From Eledone cirrhosa (lineage: Eukaryota), in the NCBI GenBank assembly GCA_964016885.1, contig OZ024741.1:169942001-170006000 (forward strand): a DNA stretch of 64,000 nt, written 5' to 3'. A program made the position numbers and the translations under genes. The notes under the pieces were generated by a model. The model searched no databases. It was not told the DNA's origin and worked only from the letters and a program-made list of their open reading frames with translations. Positions 12,853-26,100 of the stretch are shown here, piece by piece. Each line of letters starts with the position of its first letter. Positions within the stretch are counted from its first letter, which is position 1.

Positions 12853-12853
<1 letters not shown>
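11487..12853. mobile_element. fold-back of a 570-bp terminally redundant non-coding monomer (retrozyme-like)
   Basis: taacaactag at 11491 and 12061 (period 570); inverted arm cgcatgcc at 12214 and 12784 (period 570). Confidence 0.75.
12488..12576 (+). ncRNA. hammerhead motif with U3-A8 core variant
   Basis: (t/c)ccttg-TTGAAAA-..-GAAA-tatatt..aatata-TA-caggga; inverted copy at 11642-11730. Stem II weak. Confidence 0.55.
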
Positions 12854-12914
<61 letters not shown>

Positions 12915-12919
<5 letters not shown>

Positions 12920-13695
12920 TGTTTTAAATTGCAAGATTTCTTGTCTGAAAACATGTGTTGAAACAGACTTTGGGAGGGTCATGCTGCCAATAAAAACACA
13001 CGCACCTGTTGGTTTTCACTTCAATCTATTATAAATTTCCGGTTGGTTGGCTGGTTTGATAACCGGAAGGTTGTATATATATATATTATCAAAGCTCTTT
13101 CGTCATACATTCTGTGAGGTCCTCATTGACTAGATTTTTATTTTGTGTCTCCTTTGTCCTGTCCTACACCATCTTGTTTTTATGTGCTTCGTTTGCGCTT
13201 GCGTTACATCCGTGTGTGTGTTTTTATTTATTTGTGTTTATTTACTTGCCACTAGTTCATTGTTTGTTCTATCTGTGTGTGTCTGATTTGTTTTGTTAAT
13301 TTGGTTTTTGTGTGTGTCTGTATCTCTTCATTTTGTCCTTAATTACTAGTAGTGATGTTGCTATTCCACTCATGTTTTCTGTTTAATTTTGGTTGGAGTT
13401 CGGTCATGTTTGTCGCCTCTGTGATCTGTTTGAGCATTGAATCTTTTCTGTGTGTGGATATAATTTTTATCTCTATGTTCTCTAATGTGCTTCTGTATTC
13501 TATTTTTGCATATTGGTTGAGTACTGATACTACGTTCCTAGTATTTAGCATAAAATGTACCGAAGGACAGTGTAAAAATAAGAACATAACATACATAGGT
13601 GAAACAGCCCGTAGCATAGGAGAAAGAATAAGTGAACACTAGCGAGAACTCCAGGATGGGAAAAACTCATCGGTACTTCACCAACATTTACTAAC
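12915..13695 (-). mobile_element. PLE family B remnant with 5' inversion
   Basis: Minus strand ENIEIKIISTHRKDSMLKQITEA..EW; inverted plus-strand piece SIKCTEGQC..YIGETARSIGERISEH; terminus homologous to family A/B. Confidence 0.8.
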
Positions 13696-13861
13696 TCGAT
13701 ACTGAGACAAGAATATGCTCATAAGAAATAGTGTGTGTGAAACACCGGTAGGAGATGCTCATTTGCATATTGTACGAACTTCGACGGCTAGGATTAGTTA
13801 GCAGTAGCACTAAGCGTGGTTCATAGTGTTGCATATGAAAGCATATACGAAATGTTCATAT

Positions 13862-13938
13862 CAGGGTGTCCCAAAAATGCATACACACCAATACACAATT
13901 ATAATCAAAGTATGTATACATTTTTGGGGGACATTCTA
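13862..13938. mobile_element. Tc1/mariner-type mini-MITE
   Basis: CAGGGTGTCCCAAAAA..TTTTTGGGGGACATTCT; similar to 7589-7666. Confidence 0.6.
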
Positions 13939-14399
13939 TATATATATTTAATATATATAATTGGCAGTAGCACTTAGACAACGTTCTCGCATAATATAGG
14001 TGTATATTAACAAATATATAATACACTTATATACAATCGAAATATAGGTAACCTTGCTGCCGAAGAAAAATGTTTTTTAGTAACGAAAACGAAACGAAAT
14101 TTTTTCTATTTTTCTCTATGAATATATTATAGAATTGCCAATATATTCTGAAAATGTCAGTGAACCTGATTTCAAAAATGTGTTATTCTTTCATCAGTGA
14201 CACACACTCATTTTCATACAGTGCAAGCTTGGTGGTTATATTAAATTGGCAGGATCACTAAGGCAGCGTTTAAAAATAATAGAAGTGTATATGAAGACAT
14301 AAATAAACGTATATAATATACAATAAACATGGGTAATTCGCTGCCGAAGAAAAAAAAATGTTTTTCCGGAACGAAATCGAAAGGAAAACATTTTTATTT

Positions 14400-14800
14400 T
14401 TCTCTGTCGCTCATTGCATTATCTAGATCAGGAACATCTATAATCTTAGACTATGACATCTTGATAAGTGGGCTCTCCACCTCGGTGGCTTTTGATAGAC
14501 ATTGGTTTCCAAAGCGCTTAAATAGACACAGAATAATTTGAGGCGTGATGACAATGGCCTGAAAATAATAGCCTCCTCTTTCCTAAAATATTAGAAAAAT
14601 GAGCGAGTCATATGCTATCTCCAGCTTATATTTTGAGCCCAACAAAACGTCAAATGCTTTTAGAGTGGTTTGAACAAATTTCATGAAGATTCGTGACATA
14701 TTCAGTCATATTTTCATTGCGATGGAGTCCAACAAGAGTAGATGCTTCTAGTAGAGCCGTGATGCAGTCTGCTAGAAGATGGTGATGCCCTTCTCATTGA
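14400..14800 (-). pseudogene. degenerate RTE-like LINE C-terminus
   Basis: Minus-strand reading with stops: KRRLLFSGHCHHA...ALWKP....RGG..TYQDVI. Confidence 0.45.
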
Positions 14801-15623
14801 TGGTGTCTAGAGCGTTTCTCTGCGCGTTGTCCAGCATTATGAGGGCATCTAACTTAAAATCAAGGAACAGTAGGTAACAGCGGATACGACAAAACAATAC
14901 TTATTTTCGTCTACAACATGTAGTGAGACCCTCTTCTTATTTTTCTGAACAAAGGGTATCATTTATATCTGCGTAGTACGTATGCATACATCCAGAAAAA
15001 AAAAGAGTTACAGACAGACACACACATATATATTTCAATATTGGTTGTGGATATTCCGATGTTTAATTAAATAGCACCGCTGCCGGCTTGGTGTACTTGT
15101 ACATAGCAAAGTTAAACAAGCACCATTATTGAAAGAACTTCAACTCTTTTAATCTATATTGCTATCATTCATCCTTACTCGTACACACATATACTTTTAT
15201 TCTTTTACTGATATTCATCTATTAGACAGTGGCAATGCAGGGGGGTCATAGCTTTGTAGAGATATTCAGTCGATCAAATAGGCTCCAATAGTTTTCTTTT
15301 TATTTAAGTCTGCAACTTATTTTATCGATCTTTTTATATATCTAACAGTTAAGAAAACGTAAACAAAGAAACACACAGCATCCATCCATCCATCCATCCA
15401 TACATCCATCCATCCATACATACACGTACTTGCATAGGCACACAAACACACACGCCTTTCACACCTATATATGTATATATATATATAGCGACACGCTAAA
15501 CGAAACCGCTTGTCGCCATGTTGGAGATACACTTTTCCTCTTACCCACTCGACTACCCTAAGTATCGAGTACTCTGGTGCGTTATGGTCCACCTGTTTCC
15601 TTACCACACTTCCTTCGTTATAA

Positions 15624-15813
<190 letters not shown>

Positions 15814-15828
15814 GTATATATATATATG

Positions 15829-15857
<29 letters not shown>

Positions 15858-15860
<3 letters not shown>

Positions 15861-16418
15861 TCGTTTCTGAATTTGTTTAGCAAGATTCTTTATCTGAAAA
15901 CGTGTGTTGAGACCGATATTGTTATACTTTGGGAGGGTCATGTTGCCAATAAGAAACACACGCACCAGTTGCTTTCACTTCAATTTATTATAATTGATAA
16001 ATTTAGGAATTTATAAATTTCCGGTTGGTTGGTTGGTTCCACAACCAGATGATTGTTTATATATTGTCAAAGTTCTTTCGTCACACATTATGTGACCTCT
16101 TCAGTGACTGGGGATTCTTTTCTTTCCTTTGTGCCTCTCCTTTGTTCTGTCCTACACCATCTTGTTTTTCTAAGAAAGATGGCGTAGGACAGAACAAAGG
16201 AGAGGCACTAAAACAAAGAAAATAATCTCCAGTCACTGAAGAGGTCAAAGAATGTGTGACGAAAGAACTTTGACAATATATAAACAATCATCTGGTTGTG
16301 GAACCAACCAACCAACCGGAAATTTATAAATTCCTAAATTTATAAATATATTATAATAAATTGAAGTGAAAGCAACTTGTGCGTGTGTTTCTTATTGGCA
16401 ACATGACCCTCCCAAAGT

Positions 16419-16425
<7 letters not shown>
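15858..16425. mobile_element. PLE family B fold-back with two hammerheads
   Basis: Arms inverted about ~16170; gtca-CTGAAGA-ggtca..tgac-GAAA-gaac-TT-tgac at 16232-16274(+) and 16066-16108(-). Confidence 0.85.
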
Positions 16426-16482
<57 letters not shown>

Positions 16483-16499
16483 ACATACATACATACAAC

Positions 16500-16834
16500 A
16501 GTTTTGTGGAGTAAATATACAACATATTAATAAATGGAAACTATATTTATAAAACCATATTTATTTTATTATACATATTTCAAGGGCCACAAACCCAAAT
16601 TATGGTGCCCTTTCATCAGATAAAATACAGATTTGTTTTATAAATAAATATTGACATACCCGGAAAAAAGACAACCTTAACGGTTGGAGCTTCCGGGTAT
16701 GTCAATATTTATTTATAAAACAAATCTGTATTTTATCTGATGAAAGCGCACCATAATTTGCCTTGGTGGCCCTTGAAATATGTATAATAAAATAAATATG
16801 GTTTTATAAATATAGTTTCCATGTATTAATATAT

Positions 16835-16838
<4 letters not shown>
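16500..16838. mobile_element. family C fold-back with two hammerheads
   Basis: Hammerheads at 16562-16627(-) and 16729-16794(+). Confidence 0.85.
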
Positions 16839-16924
<86 letters not shown>

Positions 16925-16980
16925 AATATATATATACACATATATATATTCATATATATATATATATATATATATATACC

Positions 16981-17016
<36 letters not shown>

Positions 17017-17085
17017 CATGCATATATATATATATATAAATTTATATACATATATATATATATATATATATACATATATATCTAT

Positions 17086-17617
17086 CTAAGGCGGGTAAAA
17101 TTCCCGAGATCCATGGACGAGTTCTCTCCAGCGGTCTCTGTCCCTCATTATCGCTGCCATGTCCTGCGTCTCCAACAGACCAGTGCCTGTCCTTAGGGCA
17201 TCAACATACGTTAACCTTGGTCTTTCTCTTCTAGTGTGTCCATGTAGGGGCTCCCAAAGGAGCACTGAGTGCAATGTCAACTCTGGATGTCGGTGAGCAT
17301 GTCCAGCTAACCTCAGTCTCCTCGGTGTCACTTTTGAGCTGACTTTTGGGATGCTCCCATACAGCTCTGAGGTTTTCATCCTCAGTGTATACTGATTAAT
17401 GTTCAGAGCCATTCCCGGATGCTGAATTTGCCGATGACATAGTTTTGGTGACAAATACAGTGAAGAAGGCAGAGGATTTGATGCGGGAGGTTGAGACTGT
17501 GTCGATGAGTGTGGGGCTGAGAAAGAATGAGACTAAAACAAAATATCTGGTAGAGAATGTTGAGAAGCCAGAGGGGATCACTAATGTAGGCGGGAAGCCG
17601 CTAGAATTGGTTGAGGA
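17086..17617 (-). mobile_element. RTE-clade LINE 3' fragment with 5' inversion
   Basis: Minus strand RRLRLAGHAHRH..LLWEP..G..RPRLTYVD..DRDRWR; plus strand 17416-17617 EFADDIVL..GL..NETKTKY..LELVED. Confidence 0.85.
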
Positions 17618-17618
17618 C

Positions 17619-17684
<66 letters not shown>

Positions 17685-17688
<4 letters not shown>

Positions 17689-20270
17689 TGTTATATTTGG
17701 GGAGGGTCATATTTGCGTAATATTGCCAGAATTAATAACAGAACACACTCACTGTTTGGTTGGTTTTCGCTTCTCGCTGTCTTTTATATATATAAATCTG
17801 CGATCTAACTTACTCGGTCCTCAATGTTGCCATTGACTGACCGGCGGTCAAAAATAATACAGATACAATATAGACAAACACATATATATATAGTTTACAT
17901 AAATCTTTCGTTGCACATCTGCAACATCGTCAGTGGTGTTATATTCATTGTTCCTCCTGTTGTGTTGTATGTCTACGCCATTTTTTTTTGTTCAGTCTGT
18001 CTATATATTTATTTATTTATTTGCTTGTTTGTTTATCTTATTTTATTTTGTCTTCTTTGCGCATGCGTTTGCGTGTGTGTATAGTGTTATGTGTGATGTG
18101 TGATGTGTGACTAGTGTGTATAGTGTTGTCTGCTGGGTGACTAGTGTGTGTTTATGTGCTTGTGTATGTATTTATTTATCTTATTTTATTTAATTTAATT
18201 TACTTATTTATTTATACTTCTCTTAGGTCAGTGTTGTTTGTTTGGGTGTTGTTGTTGTTCCACTCATTCTTTCTGTTTAGCTTTGGTCTTCTAATTTCTA
18301 TTTCACTGGCCTCTCTGATTTGCCTATCTGCTGGGTCATTCCTATGTTTAGATATTATTCTAATTTCTATGTTGTCTATGTTACCGTCATGGTGTTGTCT
18401 AGCATGTTCGTATAGTACTGACCCGTTTTTTCGTCCTTTTAGTTCCCCCCAGTGTTGGTCTATCCTTTCACCTATGCTACGAGCTGTCTCACCTATGTAT
18501 GTTGTTGTCGTGTTTCTGCAAGTACCCTCTGTACATCTTATGCTATAGACTACGTTTCTAGTTTTACAGTTTATCCGGGGGTTCACCTTACATATGATAC
18601 ATTTCCTATTGGTACAGTGGGTTTTCTTAAAAGGGTAGGTTTTGCTGATCAGGGATTTTATGGTGGTTCCTGGCTTTTCTACCACCTTTATTTTTAAGTG
18701 GGTCTTTCTCAGGGCCTTTCTACACTGGTTAGCTAATTTCCCTCCAGGGGTGGCGTCCACAAACATGACACTCTGATATCTCTGGTTGTCGTACCATGAT
18801 GTGGCCTTCCCTATCTTATGTCTAGCCCTATCTAAGCTATTCCATGATTTGCTCCTGTATAGTGGGCAAATTCCTTTCATGTCCAGTTCTATGAGGGTCT
18901 TATACTTTTCCATGGCTCCTTCGTATACTCTGACTCTGTCTCTTTGGTTGTAGCCAAAGCTACAACCAAAGAGACAGAGTCAGAGTATACGAAGGAGCCA
19001 TGGAAAAGTATAAGACCCTCATAGAACTGGACATGAAAGGAATTTGCCCACTATACAGGAGCAAATCATGGAATAGCTTAGATAGGGCTAGACATAAGAT
19101 AGGGAAGGCCACATCATGGTACGACAACCAGAGATATCAGAGTGTCATGTTTGTGGACGCCACCCCTGGAGGGAAATTAGCTAACCAGTGTAGAAAGGCC
19201 CTGAGAAAGACCCACTTAAAAATAAAGGTGGTAGAAAAGCCAGGAACCACCATAAAATCCCTGATCAGCAAAACCTACCCTTTTAAGAAAACCCACTGTA
19301 CCAATAGGAAATGTATCATATGTAAGGTGAACCCCCGGATAAACTGTAAAACTAGAAACGTAGTCTATAGCATAAGATGTACAGAGGGTACTTGCAGAAA
19401 CACGACAACAACATACATAGGTGAGACAGCTCGTAGCATAGGTGAAAGGATAGACCAACACTGGGGGGAACTAAAAGGACGAAAAAACGGGTCAGTACTA
19501 TACGAACATGCTAGACAACACCATGACGGTAACATAGACAACATAGAAATTAGAATAATATCTAAACATAGGAATGACCCAGCAGATAGGCAAATCAGAG
19601 AGGCCAGTGAAATAGAAATTAGAAGACCAAAGCTAAACAGAAAGAATGAGTGGAACAACAACAACACCCAAACAAACAACACTGACCTAAGAGAAGTATA
19701 AATAAATAAGTAAATTAAATTAAATAAAATAAGATAAATAAATACATACACAAGCACATAAACACACACTAGTCACCCAGCAGACAACACTATACACACT
19801 AGTCACACATCACACATCACACATAACACTATACACACACGCAAACGCATGCGCAAAGAAGACAAAATAAAATAAGATAAACAAACAAGCAAATAAATAA
19901 ATAAATATATAGACAGACTGAACAAAAAAAAATGGCGTAGACATACAACACAACAGGAGGAACAATGAATATAACACCACTGACGATGTTGCAGATGTGC
20001 AACGAAAGATTTATGTAAACTATATATATATGTGTTTGTCTATATTGTATCTGTATTATTTTTGACCGCCGGTCAGTCAATGGCAACATTGAGGACCGAG
20101 TAAGTTAGATCGCAGATTTATATATATAAAAGACAGCGAGAAGCGAAAACCAACCAAACAGTGAGTGTGTTCTGTTATTAATTCTGGCAATATTACGCAA
20201 ATATGACCCTCCCCAAATATAACAATATCTGTTTCGACACACGATTTCATATAAAAAACCTCGCAAAACT
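17685..20270. mobile_element. PLE family A 2.5-kb palindrome (two GIY-YIG arms head-to-head)
   Basis: Arms 17685-18954 and 18959-20228 separated by CAAA; identical 233-aa ORFs at 18212-18913(-) and 19000-19701(+). Confidence 0.95.
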
Positions 20271-20282
20271 ATATATATATAC

Positions 20283-20313
<31 letters not shown>

Positions 20314-20316
20314 CAC

Positions 20317-20574
<258 letters not shown>

Positions 20575-20584
20575 GTATATATAT

Positions 20585-20627
<43 letters not shown>

Positions 20628-20676
20628 TACATATATATATATATATATGTAATTATATATACATATATATATATAT

Positions 20677-20725
<49 letters not shown>

Positions 20726-20810
20726 TGTATATATATACACACATATATATATATACACACATATATATATATATATATACATATATATATACATATATAT
20801 ATATACATAT

Positions 20811-20869
<59 letters not shown>

Positions 20870-20884
20870 CATATATATATATAA

Positions 20885-20932
<48 letters not shown>

Positions 20933-20941
20933 GTATAAATG

Positions 20942-20973
<32 letters not shown>

Positions 20974-20986
20974 TATAGATAGATAG

Positions 20987-21405
20987 TGAAGGCATGTGGC
21001 TGATTCGTTAGAGAACTGGATTCACAATCTTGAGGTTGTCAGTTCGATTCCTGGACCGGGCGATGTGTTACGTCCTTGAGCAAGACACTTTATTTCACCT
21101 TGCTCCTTCTACCTGGAGTGGCTAGTATTACAATTGGAAAGACCAACGGAAACATAGTCCTTGAGCAAGACACTTTATTTCACCTTGCTCCTTCTACCTG
21201 GAGTGGCTAGTATTAGCAATTGGAAAGACCAACGGAAACATAGTCCTTGAGCAAGACACTTTACTTCACCTTGCTCCTTCTACCTGGAGTGGCTAGTATT
21301 ACCAATTGGAAAGACCAACGGAATACCTAGTATTAGCAATTGGAAAGACCAACGGAAACATTGTTACCTCGGTCCGATTTGACGAAAGTCGATCGACAAA
21401 AATAA
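20987..21405 (+). mobile_element. tRNA-derived CORE-like SINE (family S3) with internal tandem triplication
   Basis: TGGCTGATTCG / AGTTCGATTCC boxes and GTCCTTGAGCAAGACACTT; 85-86-bp units start at 21072, 21157, 21243. Single-unit copy at 54415-54642(-). Confidence 0.8.
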
Positions 21406-21440
21406 TTAAAAAAAAATATATATATATATGCATATATACA

Positions 21441-21590
21441 TGACGAGCTTCTGCAGAGTTTCCGTCTACCAAATGTCACTCAAATCTATCAAACTTAGAC
21501 AATTACCGAAGGTTTCACGCAGTGGAGCTGAACCCGAAACTACTTGATTGTAAATCTAACTTTCCTAGAAACACAACCAAACCAGCGCCT
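21441..21590 (-). mobile_element. diverged tRNA-derived SINE (family S4)
   Basis: Minus strand AGGCGCTGG..CGGGTTCAGCTCCACTGCGTG..TTGGTAGACGGAAACT..AGAAGCTCGTC, recalled as a common octopus SINE. Confidence 0.55.
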
Positions 21591-21732
21591 ACATTTGTAT
21601 ATCTATCTATCTATCTATCTATCAATCTATCTATCTATCTCTCTCTCTCTCTCTCTCTAACTATTTATCTATCTCTCCATCTCTCTATTCATCTATCTAT
21701 CTATCTAACTATCTATCTTAACTCTCTCTCTC

Positions 21733-21814
<82 letters not shown>

Positions 21815-22264
21815 TATGTAGCGACAAGGGTTTCTGTAGAATCGATAAAGGAAAAATAGACAAATATTGTTATTATAAATATTTTATCAGCTCAATTTCT
21901 GTCTCCCTAAGGTTTCAAAGCCTACTCTAGTATAGGTCATGGAGACACCCTCTATGCGCGTGTTGCTTACTGCTGAGGCAAGAAATATGATGGCCGACGT
22001 TATTTTATATATGAGATCTCGTGAATGCAGGGAGGTAATACTAGTGAAAGTAGGAGAGCGAGAGATGGGGGGCGAAAACGTAAAATGGAGAGAGAAAGGT
22101 GGATGAGATGTTACTAGATGTCTAGTAAACCATTATTTAGCTTATCCCATACTTAAGGAAAGTAGAGTGTAGGTATTATTATAGGATAGGATTCCCGACC
22201 GACGGTCAAGCTTTAACCGTTTCGATGGTATGGTGGCCACCTTGCAATCAGCTCTACCTTGTAG

Positions 22265-22320
<56 letters not shown>

Positions 22321-22880
22321 ATAATAAAAATTGTGAATACTAAAATCCGAAGAGGGCTCGATAAATAAATATATAAACATATAAATATATAAAATATATA
22401 AAATATAGATATATATAAATATATAAAAAAACCGTATGTTATATATATATGTATACTTACATGCATACACACACAAACACACATACATACACACATATAT
22501 ATATATGTTTAGAATTTAGCTTCGACATAGCTGTATAAATATATATGTGAATTTCGTGTATCTAAAGATATACGGTGTATTTAATGAATAAACATTTTGA
22601 AAGCCTCAATTATGAATAGACGACTGATGGTCAGCGCCATCTAGCGGAGTCGAGCAGAATTAAAGGGTAAAATTGCCTATGCATTTCGATCGTAGATGGT
22701 TCTTATCAGCACAATGCTTCCCTCTGCCTACTGCTGGACTATTAGACAGGTGAAAATATATAGATGTTCGCCTGTGTAAGTGGGCTGATTAGCCTCATTT
22801 GCATACGAAGTTGGTATGTCATCAATTGGTATGTCATCGATTTTTATTCAACTTTACCCCCTTTCCAACAATATATATAC

Positions 22881-22973
<93 letters not shown>

Positions 22974-23169
22974 GTTGAGAAGGAGGTAAAATTAAATACG
23001 AATGGAAGACATGCCAATCGAACGTAGTAATATTTGGTAAAACTTAAATTCATTTAATGTAACAATTCTAGAAATATTTATTCTGTCGGATAAAAAATAA
23101 AGAATCATTAAATATAGTACTGTGCCTTTCCACTTATACTTTTTACCTATCTATCTATCTATCTCTCTC

Positions 23170-26100
23170 AGGATGGTATAGACGTTCTTCACATCGGCTC
23201 CGCGAGTATTGGAGATATTACGTGTTAACAGTAAGTGTTTGTCTGTATTCTTGCGTTATTGTGTTAATTAACCCCCTTGCCTGGGTCTTCGGTCATTAGG
23301 GTTAATTTATTTCACCCCTTCTGGGGTGAAATTTTTCATCCTAAAAATCTTGTGATTGTTTCTACGCTAGTGGTAATGGAAGCCATTACCACAGGTAACG
23401 ATGACATGCCCACTAAACAAACTGAAAGAGAGCGGGTAGTTGAGGCAACAAGCCTCCCTACTGAAAGAATAATGATTATTAGAAACATTGAAAAAATGGA
23501 ACCTAACCCTAATGAAAAAAATGTGAAAAAAATTGACTCGGAGAAATTGCCAAAATGAATGGATGCCGTTTCGACTTTTCACGGTGCCACACCCACCAAC
23601 AAAGCTGAAAGAGAACTAATAGCTGTGACTTCAAGTCTCTCGGATACTGAAAATATAAGTGAACATTTTGAAAAAATGGAGTCTAACCCCAGCGGGGAAA
23701 AAATGTGAACGCATACACCAACATAAATAACACAAACATAACAAAAAATGAAAATTGTAACAACAAAAAACAAGAAAACCACATTTCGACAAATGTAAAC
23801 AGAGAGGGGTCGAACAAAATGACGTTCGCGCAAAGCATTAAAAAAACTATCGTGTACGAACCTATTGACATTTCGAACATGGCCCAGCAAATGGAAAATG
23901 CACGGAAGTATATAACTTTGGAGGAGAATGGTCTATTTTCTTTAAATTCTCCCCCAGAGCTAAAAAAGGAAAATAGCTTAAAAACTATTATTTATAGGAC
24001 AATATCAAACAAAACCCGTAAGCCAGTACAACTCACACAGACAAAGATTGAACTGGCGTTAAAAGATCATCTGAAAAACTTTGTATTCATTCGGAAGGAT
24101 AGACCCTATGGTAGTCTATCCATCCGAATGAAAGATAAATTGACGGCCGAAAAACATTCCCTGGCCCCAATTGTGTCCCCTTTATTTACCTTCTTCCCCA
24201 CTTATTTGGGAAGAAAAACACAAAGGATGACCATACACAGTATCGGTCCGCGGCCGGACTTCTTCCATCGTCTGGAGACTTTTCTAGGGACGTCCAGCTC
24301 CTTGCTTTTAGTGGGGGACTGGAATGGTATCCTAGATGCACGCTGGGACTATGTAGGGACATGTCCGGATAGAGGGGGTTGTAACAGCCTCAAGGGGTTA
24401 ATCGGCCGATTCGACCTGGCCGATAGATATCGACTAGATTTTCCGACTGTGCCAACCTGGACTTGGAGAAACCACAGCAGTCAATCTAGATCGTACCTAG
24501 ATAGGTTCTTAGTTAGAAATAAGGATAGGGATATTTTAAGTTGTCCAAAAATGCTCATGGTTGGCTATTCAGACCACAAGTTAGTCACCTCCATGGTCAA
24601 CGTTGATAGAACGCATAGACAGGGACCCGGTTACTGGAAGCTCAACTTGTCCTTACCGGCAAGTAAAGCTTCCAGGAACCGGATTAGTACATTAGTTAAG
24701 GAGGAGTTGACGGGCGCCATCGTCAACAGCAGGTGGTGGGGCTCTCTCAAATGAGAGATTAGAGTAGCTTCAATAGAAGATAGTAAGGAGTTAGCCTCAG
24801 ATAGAAATAGGAAGGAAAGGGAGTTGGTAGATAGTGTAGAAGAGGCAATTAGAAGCGGCGACGTAGCCAGAGTGCTAGCGTGGAGAACGGCCTTGGGCCA
24901 GTTCTTCGATGCGAAACACGAAGGCTGCGTTGTCCGAAGCAAAATACGTGCTCTGGGAAACGAGGGGACCAAAGCTGTTAGCTGGGCCCGCGTGACAGAA
25001 GCCAAAAGTGGGACTAGATCCACTATCCGGTCTTTGCGAGACCAGGATGGACGGGTGATCCTTGAAGCTAAGCAGATGTGCGAGGCCTTTCAAAGGCACT
25101 TTGCCCAATTGTTCGGAAGTGACGAGGGGCTGGATGTGAACCTCGGTCCATACCTCGACGGCCTGCCGCGTCTTTCGGACGAGGAGGCGAAGTCCTGCGA
25201 GAGGCCGATCTCAGCTGCTGAAATAAGGGACGTGCTGAGCCAATGCGGCAGACGCAAATCTGCGGGCCTCGATGGTCTTCCATACGAACTGTATTTAAGT
25301 ATGCCGGACTTGTTCTTCGATCTCCTCGAAGCGGTCTACTGCAACTGGCAACATAACGGGAGAATTCCCTGTTCTGTGACCAAGGGCGTAGTCTCGTTAG
25401 TGAGGAAGGATGAGAACAAAGGGGATGAAATAAGTAATTTTAGGCTCATAACACTGCTAAATGCAGAGTTAAAGATTTTGGCCAAGGTGTTAACAAAGAG
25501 GTTTGCGCTTGTCGTGGGCAACCTGGTGGGAGATGCGCAGACATGTGCTATCCCGTCCAGGTCCATTCACGGCAATCTCCACATCATGCGATACATCATA
25601 GAGAGGGTTGGGAACGAACCCGGCTTTGGTGGGGCCCTGATCAACTTGGATCAATCTAAGGCGTTCGATAGGGTCGACCATCGTTACCTGAATGCGGTGC
25701 TAGTGGCGGCAGGTTTTGGACCCGTTTTCAGGGGCTGGATCAATGCCATGTACAGCAGCCGCATCTGCTCTAGGGTCAAGGTGAACGGCTACCTCTCGGA
25801 GCCGTTCGAAATCACGCGGTCCATCCGACAGGGATGCCCCCTTTCCTCCTTTCTGTATGTATTGGCCCCAGAGCCACTGCTGCGGAAGTTGGAGTTGTTA
25901 CAGGGAATCCCTTTAGAACCGAGATTGCGGAAAGCAGTGTCGGCCTACGCCGATGACGTGACAGTAATGGTGTCAACCGCCTCGGAAATCGGAGTGATCG
26001 GCACCTTCCTGGAGGAATACGAAACGTTTACAGGGGCTAAGCTGAACCGGGACAGTCAGTCGGTTTGCAACTCGGTGAGTGGAGGGGAAAACCGATGGCC

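Noticed and set aside
20987-21060. tRNA gene
   Set aside because: tRNA-like head continues into a SINE body that is repeated at 54415-54642.
21900-21958. Hammerhead-like remnant on minus strand (tgtctcc..GAAAcc..ggagaca); similar at 56863-56925
   Set aside because: The CTGANGA core is incomplete or deleted, so it was not counted.
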